Shown here: positions 19,675 through 24,454 of the stretch, piece by piece
How positions within the stretch are numbered: the first letter of the stretch is position 1
How the letters are laid out: every line of letters starts with the position of its first letter
Origin: Tubiluchus corallicola
Lineage: Eukaryota; Animalia; Priapulida
Assembly (NCBI GenBank): GCA_030141605.1
Contig: JAQGDQ010002473.1
Location: 1-24,454 of the forward strand
Length of the DNA stretch: 24,454 nucleotides
Reading direction: 5' to 3'
The notes under the pieces: generated by a model
The model's input: the letters and a program-made list of their open reading frames with translations, nothing else
Told to the model about the DNA's origin: nothing
The model's database searches: none
Position numbers and translations under genes: made by a program

Positions 19675-20886
19675 ATGCAACGATATATAAAAACTACAGA
19701 TTTAAATAACTACGATTATGACTTGCCTGATGAGGCAATTGCACAATTGCCATTATCTCAGCAAGGAAAATCAAAACTTCTTTTTTATAATGAAGGGAAA
19801 ATAAAGCACCTTAAATTTAAAGATATTGTAAACGCCCTGCCAGATGGTGCTTGCATGGCATTTAATGATACGAAAGTTTTTCCTGCAAGAATTAAGGTGC
19901 AAAAAAAAACAGGAGCTAATATTGAAATATTCTTGATAAAACCATACCAGTGTATGGATTATCAAATGGCAATGAACTCAACGCGTTCTATTACATGGCA
20001 GTGTATGATAGGTAACAAAAAGCGATGGAAAGCAAATGAAGAATTAAGCCAAATAGTAAAAATTAACAGTGCTAATGAGAAAATAAAAATTTCATATGTT
20101 GACTTTGACAATAACGTAGTAAAATTCATTTGGTCATCGGAGTTTTCTTTTGGTGAGATTTTGAATTCGTTGGGATTAACTCCTATTCCTCCATACATTA
20201 AGCGAAATCCTACTTCAGAGGATAAAATAAGATATCAGACAGTTTACTCTAAGCACGTAGGAGCAGTGGCAGCTCCAACAGCAGGGTTGCATTTTACTTC
20301 GGATATCATAAAAGAGTTGAGCAAAAAGGGTATAGAAAAGGAGTTTATCACTTTGCATGTGGGAGCAGGAACTTTTTTACCCATTAAAGAAGAGAACTTT
20401 ACACATCATACGATGCATAACGAACAAATATGTTTTTCTAAACAAAACATCTTAAACTTGCTGGATAAAAAACATATTATTTCTGTAGGGACTACTTCAT
20501 TAAGGGCATTAGAAAGTTTATTTTGGTATGGAGTTTTGTTACAACGTGATTTTCAAGCAGAATTTAAGATAGAAAAGCTCTATCCTTATCAACACAGCGA
20601 AGTGCTATTGCCTAATAAGAAAGAATCATTTGAGATGGTTATTAGGAAAATGGAGAAGGAGGGAATTGATACATTGATAGGAGCAACAGAAATATTTATC
20701 TTTCCTTCTTATAAGTTTCGTGTTTGTGATGGATTAATTACCAACTTTCACCTTCCACGCTCTACTTTATTACTATTGATAGCAGCCTTTGTAGGTGACG
20801 ATTGGAAGGAGATATACCGTCAAGCACTTGTCAATGGTTATAGGTTTTTAAGTTATGGCGATGCGTCTTTACTTATGAAATTGTGA
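19675..20886 (+). CDS. queA: S-adenosylmethionine:tRNA ribosyltransferase-isomerase (QueA family, long ~400-aa form)
   Basis: YDYDLPDEAIAQ, FNDTKVFPAR, PIPPYIKR, YQTVY...AVAAPTAGLHFT, TLHVGAGTF, VGTTSLRALES, TNFHLPRSTLL, YRFLSYGD. ATG at 19675. Confidence 0.92.
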   Translation: MQRYIKTTDLNNYDYDLPDEAIAQLPLSQQGKSKLLFYNEGKIKHLKFKDIVNALPDGACMAFNDTKVFPARIKVQKKTGANIEIFLIKPYQCMDYQMAMNSTRSITWQCMIGNKKRWKANEELSQIVKINSANEKIKISYVDFDNNVVKFIWSSEFSFGEILNSLGLTPIPPYIKRNPTSEDKIRYQTVYSKHVGAVAAPTAGLHFTSDIIKELSKKGIEKEFITLHVGAGTFLPIKEENFTHHTMHNEQICFSKQNILNLLDKKHIISVGTTSLRALESLFWYGVLLQRDFQAEFKIEKLYPYQHSEVLLPNKKESFEMVIRKMEKEGIDTLIGATEIFIFPSYKFRVCDGLITNFHLPRSTLLLLIAAFVGDDWKEIYRQALVNGYRFLSYGDASLLMKL

Positions 20887-20908
20887 TGAAGAATGACAGC
20901 AACAAAAT

Positions 20909-20946
20909 AAAGGTAATCTAAAATAGCTTTTAGATTACCTTTTTGC
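20909..20946. terminator. Probable bidirectional intrinsic terminator between convergent queA and the repeat-protein gene
   Basis: Perfect 15-bp stem AAAGGTAATCTAAAA (20909-20923), loop TAGC, TTTTAGATTACCTTT (20928-20942), with a T run on the right and an A-rich run on the left. Confidence 0.85.
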
Positions 20947-20962
20947 CTCATTACATTTTAAT

Positions 20963-22477
20963 TTATAAATGAAATTTAATCCCGAAAGAATATCCAGGGA
21001 ACACGATCGTTCTTACCCGTTCATTATTACTAGTTTTGTCATATATTGCCCAGTCATAATTAACAATAGTAGAGCCAAGTTTTCCATTATCTCGTGTATA
21101 TTCTGACACCATTACATTCATAGAAGGAGCTATAAATACGCTAATGGAGTTGGTAATTTTGTAATTAGGGGTGATATTAAGAGAAGATATCATATTGTGG
21201 TGGTTTGTCCACCAGCCATTTTCATTTACATGCACAAAAGACCCCTCTACGTTTAAACTAAACTTATCAGACAACTTTCTATATGTTCCTACTCCAGCAC
21301 CAATTCCGTATACAGTATATTCAGATTGCATATTAACTCCACATCTTATAACCGAATAGAGTGACTTCGTTCCACTTCTGAAAATGAAATCAGTATGAAA
21401 TAAGTCAGAGTATGCTACTTGCAGCTCTTTAATTCCACCTTTTTTTGCAGAATTATAAATTCCAATCATTCCTCCCCCAGTTGCAGTGTCTGCTAAGTTA
21501 ATTAACCCTATTTGCATTCCGCTTAGTTTTCCGGTTTATTAACCACCCCGGCTATTGCATTCATTTACTTTTTCTTTAGCTTGATTAAATACCCCAGCTA
21601 TTTGCATTCCATTTACTTTTTCTTTAGCTTGATTAAATACCCCAGCTATTTGCATTCCATTTACTTTTTCTTTAGCTTGATTAAATACCCCAGCTATTTG
21701 TATTCCGTCTATTTTCCCTCCAGCTTGATTAAATATCCCAGCAATTTGTATTCCGTCTATTTTCCCTCCAGCTTGATTAAATATCCCAGCAATTTGTATT
21801 CCGTTTATTTTCCCCCCAGTTTGATTAAGTCCTCCAGTAATTTGTACACCCTGTGCATGTTCTTTAGTTTGGTTAAATATACCCCCTATCTGTACACCTT
21901 GTACATATTTAGTTTGGTTAAATATACCTCCCACTTGTAATCGTACATATCCTCCAGTTGATTAAATATCCCAGCTACTTGTGCGTGTACATACTTTAGT
22001 TTGGTTAAATATACCTCCCACTTGTAATCGTGCATATCCTCCAGTTTGATTAAATACTCCAGCTACTTGTGTGCCTTGTATATGTTCTCCAGTTTGGTTA
22101 AATATCCCAGCTGTTTGTATGCCTCGCACATATCCTCCAGTTTTATTAAATAACCCGGCTGTTTGTACACCTTGTACATGTGCTCCAGTTTCATTAAATA
22201 ACCCAGCTATTTGTGTTCCTCGTACATGCTCTTTGGTGCTATTGAATAGGCCTCCAAGTTCAGCACCGTCGATAGAATGAGTTACACCATTTAATACGTT
22301 AATAGAGAGGTTGAAATTTGTTTCAGCACTAACAGGACCATGTGTTCCAATTGGGTATGAGAATGTAATTTGTGCATATCCTTTTTTCCCTTCATCTACA
22401 TCCTCTATCTGAGCTTGCGTGTCTACAACATTTCCTAAAATTAGGATGCTTAATAATATGATAAATACTTTTTTCAT
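20963..22477 (-). CDS. Secreted/outer-membrane protein with tandem 16-aa GxQxxGxxN repeats (LA_2272-like surface repeat) and a C-terminal beta-barrel-like domain, ~505 aa, several apparent indels
   Basis: ORFs 21962..22477, 21539..21934 and 20963..21517 form one reading: signal peptide MKKVFIILLSILILGNVVDTQAQ, then QITFSYPIGTHG...NLSINVLNG, then ~16-17 repeats such as GMQIAGVFNQAKEKVN, then GMQIGLINLAD, then amphipathic strands ending GYSFGIKFHL. Three single-base losses at ~21535-21562 restore GMQIAGVVNKTGKLS, and the flanking ORFs are in the same frame. Confidence 0.8.
21500..22270 (-). repeat. Coding tandem repeat, 48-bp unit, ~16-17 copies
   Basis: TTGATTAA recurs at 21581, 21629, 21677, 21725, 21773 and 21821, an exact 48-bp period. 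Units 21581-21628 and 21629-21676 are identical. Copies are more degenerate toward 22270. Confidence 0.95.
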
Positions 22478-22532
22478 TTTGGTTTTGTCTTTTAATTAAT
22501 GTTTAAATATTATTTTAATTTTTTTTACACTC

Positions 22533-22561
22533 ATAAGATGTAAAGTTGAAAAAAGGTTGCA
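22533..22561 (-). promoter_or_regulatory. Possible ECF sigma-factor promoter upstream of the repeat-protein gene
   Basis: Minus strand reads TGCAAC-CTTTTTTCAACTTTA-CATCTTAT: an AAC-type -35 and a CATC/CGTC-like -10, about 55 nt before ATG 22477. Confidence 0.35.
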
Positions 22562-22834
22562 CTTTTAATCTATAAAAAAAACAAAAATATTATAATATGA
22601 ACTTCTATGAAACAAATAATAAAATTAGTTCATCAAACTCATGCTCTAAAAGAGGAGGTTAAAAAGTATTTCTCTAATTCATTTTACTAGCTTTGCTATG
22701 TTTTCTAAATGCTTGAATGGATTGATAGGTATATAGCCTATAGCTATTTTAAAAACATGTGTGCATTGTGGAAACATTGGCCAAAAATAGGGGTGAATAA
22801 TCTCAAAAAGAGATCAGATAAAAAGTTTTTTATT

Positions 22835-22878
22835 AAATAATCCAAGTTTGCCTTTGTGTAGAGGCAAACTTGGACTAT
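22835..22878 (-). terminator. Intrinsic terminator after the Ig-repeat surface-protein gene
   Basis: Perfect 13-bp stem TCCAAGTTTGCCT (22841-22853) / AGGCAAACTTGGA (22862-22874), with a minus-strand tail TTATTT, 17 nt after the stop at 22892. Confidence 0.8.
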
Positions 22879-22891
22879 GATGATATGTTGT

Positions 22892-24454
22892 TTATTTCAG
22901 CCCTTTGAATACAGTACGAGTGTCATTGTGATATATATGTACAGCATACAATCCTTTTATCTGACTTACTGCCTCACTAATATCTACCTTGCCTTCTATA
23001 TCCACGCTTTCTTGTCCTCTATATAACTCTTTGCCCGATAGCAGACTAAATACTACGACGTCTACAACTGCGTTGTGTATTTCATCAGGAAGTGTTACTT
23101 CATAGTTATCGCCTCCATTGTGAGTGACGGTATTGCTCTCGTTACTAGCTATTCTACTTGTTGTTTTTGGTAAAATAGCTATCTCCAATGTGTCTCTAAG
23201 CGTATTCCCTGCCACAAGTTCTGAATAAACTAATATGTAATTTCCAGGAATTGTTGCTGCATTGTTTCTAAATGTAATCAAACCTGATGTGTTAGAGAAC
23301 AGCCTATTGATTGCAGGATTATTGCTTTCCTCTTTCCATTGTGGGTTTATTGCATTATTCCAGTCTGACACTAAATTTTGCACAACAACGTTTGCAGCTC
23401 CTGTTTCTCGTGATTCATAATTAGATGTTAGTAAATCTCTAGTTATAACTGTTGAGGTTACTGAAAAAGATAATTCTTTTGAGCTCTCACAACCAAAGCC
23501 ATTATACTCTTTGTACTTAAGGGTATAATCACCTGCTGGAGCGGGAAAGTAATTGTCATTAGTAAAAAAGTATTCTCCACTGCTTAAATAGACTCTGTTT
23601 GTATATTCATCTACCCATTCATTATTACTTCCAGGATTAACTAATAAATTACTCAGATTCAAATCTCCACTAGCTGACTCTATAGAAAATCCATTTAGAA
23701 CAAAATCGTTGATAACAGGCAAAGGATTTACTACAATAGTAATCGTTCCGCTTTTGGTACAACCTGAAATATTATTCGTTTCTGTATAGGTTACAGTATG
23801 TGTGCCTGCTACTGCAGCATTAGTACTTACATTTCTAAAACGATATGGGCGTGTAGTTATCAACCTTGAGCCTTGTCCATTTGCCGCATCTATAACAAAC
23901 TCACATGTAAAGTCACTATCATCCAAACTGTGATTGTTTATCAAATCTTCTAAATTAACATTTCCAGATCCAGAACAAACAGAGATTTGTTCTTTGCCTG
24001 CAACTATAGAAAAAGCAGGTAATGGGTTAAGCCAATTGATAGTGTAAGTCTCTGCTAACACTTCTGGACATGTAGATCCTCTTTGTGCCTTTACCTCATA
24101 GTATCCCTCTTCAAATGCTCCAAAGTCTATAGAGCCATCATTGCCTTGTAATTGAAGTAGAGCATTGCCATCTGCATCATACAAAATATAACTCACTCCC
24201 AATTCTGTGCTTGATAATTTAATCTCTTCTGTTTCACCTTCGCATGTTAAATCATAAACCAAGTGTTGAGGCTGAACAATAGGTTTCTCGTTTTCCAAAG
24301 TTACAGTGATATTTTTCACTGTAATTGCTCCACAAGTAGCTCTTTCTCCTATAATGGTATAATTTCCCACTGCAAAATCATTTCCAAAATTTAATGTTCC
24401 TCCATCTCCATTTAATGTTGATAACACATTACTACCATTCATAAGTGTATACTT
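22892..24454 (-). CDS. C-terminal part of a large secreted Ig-like-repeat surface protein with a divergent T9SS type-A-like C-terminal domain; 5' end outside the window
   Basis: Frame is open to the window edge (KYTL-MNGSNV...). Two repeats of the form LxGxxGxxxFGxFxxGxYxxxxxRxxxC, three Ig-like units with G(T/D/N)(H/Y)xxxYxE cores, and a tail VVVFSLLSGKELY...VDISEAVSQIKGLYAVHIYHNDTRTVFKGLK that resembles a Por/T9SS sorting domain. Confidence 0.72.
   Translation of the reverse strand, partial: KYTLMNGSNVLSTLNGDGGTLNFGNDFAVGNYTIIGERATCGAITVKNITVTLENEKPIVQPQHLVYDLTCEGETEEIKLSSTELGVSYILYDADGNALLQLQGNDGSIDFGAFEEGYYEVKAQRGSTCPEVLAETYTINWLNPLPAFSIVAGKEQISVCSGSGNVNLEDLINNHSLDDSDFTCEFVIDAANGQGSRLITTRPYRFRNVSTNAAVAGTHTVTYTETNNISGCTKSGTITIVVNPLPVINDFVLNGFSIESASGDLNLSNLLVNPGSNNEWVDEYTNRVYLSSGEYFFTNDNYFPAPAGDYTLKYKEYNGFGCESSKELSFSVTSTVITRDLLTSNYESRETGAANVVVQNLVSDWNNAINPQWKEESNNPAINRLFSNTSGLITFRNNAATIPGNYILVYSELVAGNTLRDTLEIAILPKTTSRIASNESNTVTHNGGDNYEVTLPDEIHNAVVDVVVFSLLSGKELYRGQESVDIEGKVDISEAVSQIKGLYAVHIYHNDTRTVFKGLK

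Noticed and set aside
21581-21940. Plus-strand repetitive 119-aa ORF (IKYPSYLHSIYFFFSL)n
   Set aside because: Antisense reading of the 48-bp repeat. It stays open only because the unit lacks a stop in that frame.
21500-22270. CRISPR array
   Set aside because: Units are contiguous 48-bp in-frame coding repeats without unique spacers, and there are no cas genes.
22607-22690. 27-aa small ORF MKQIIKLVHQTHALKEEVKKYFSNSFY in the intergenic gap
   Set aside because: Too short, no motif and no clear promoter. It cannot be supported without conservation or ribosome-profiling data.

Overview
AT-rich chromosomal segment from a Bacteroidota bacterium, probably Cytophagia-like. This is inferred from TAnnTTTG promoter boxes, A-rich start regions without Shine-Dalgarno sites, the yceD-rpmF-fabH-efp-accB-accC gene order and a T9SS-like C-terminal domain. 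Left to right it holds: the 5' part of an alternative complex III operon on the minus strand (actA-actB-actC-actD, running off the left edge); a ~995-aa DUF2723/TMEM260-like membrane glycosyltransferase; yceD-rpmF-fabH-efp-accB-accC without plsX; an OprO/OprP-like porin; a standalone dnaK; a DHH/NrnA phosphoesterase; divergent menC and queA; an outer-membrane protein built on ~16-17 tandem 16-aa (48-bp) GxQxxGxxN repeats; and the 3' end of a large Ig-repeat surface protein with a degenerate T9SS signal. At least six genes, including essential accC, are split by indels. Most are single-base changes in homopolymers, which points to long-read consensus error rather than pseudogenisation. The window is mostly housekeeping. 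I found no CRISPR array, mobile element, RNA gene or clearly novel multi-gene system. The best leads are a sigma54-like promoter with TGTCA boxes before dnaK, the DUF2723 enzyme as a candidate protein O-glycosyltransferase, and the expanding 48-bp repeat surface protein.
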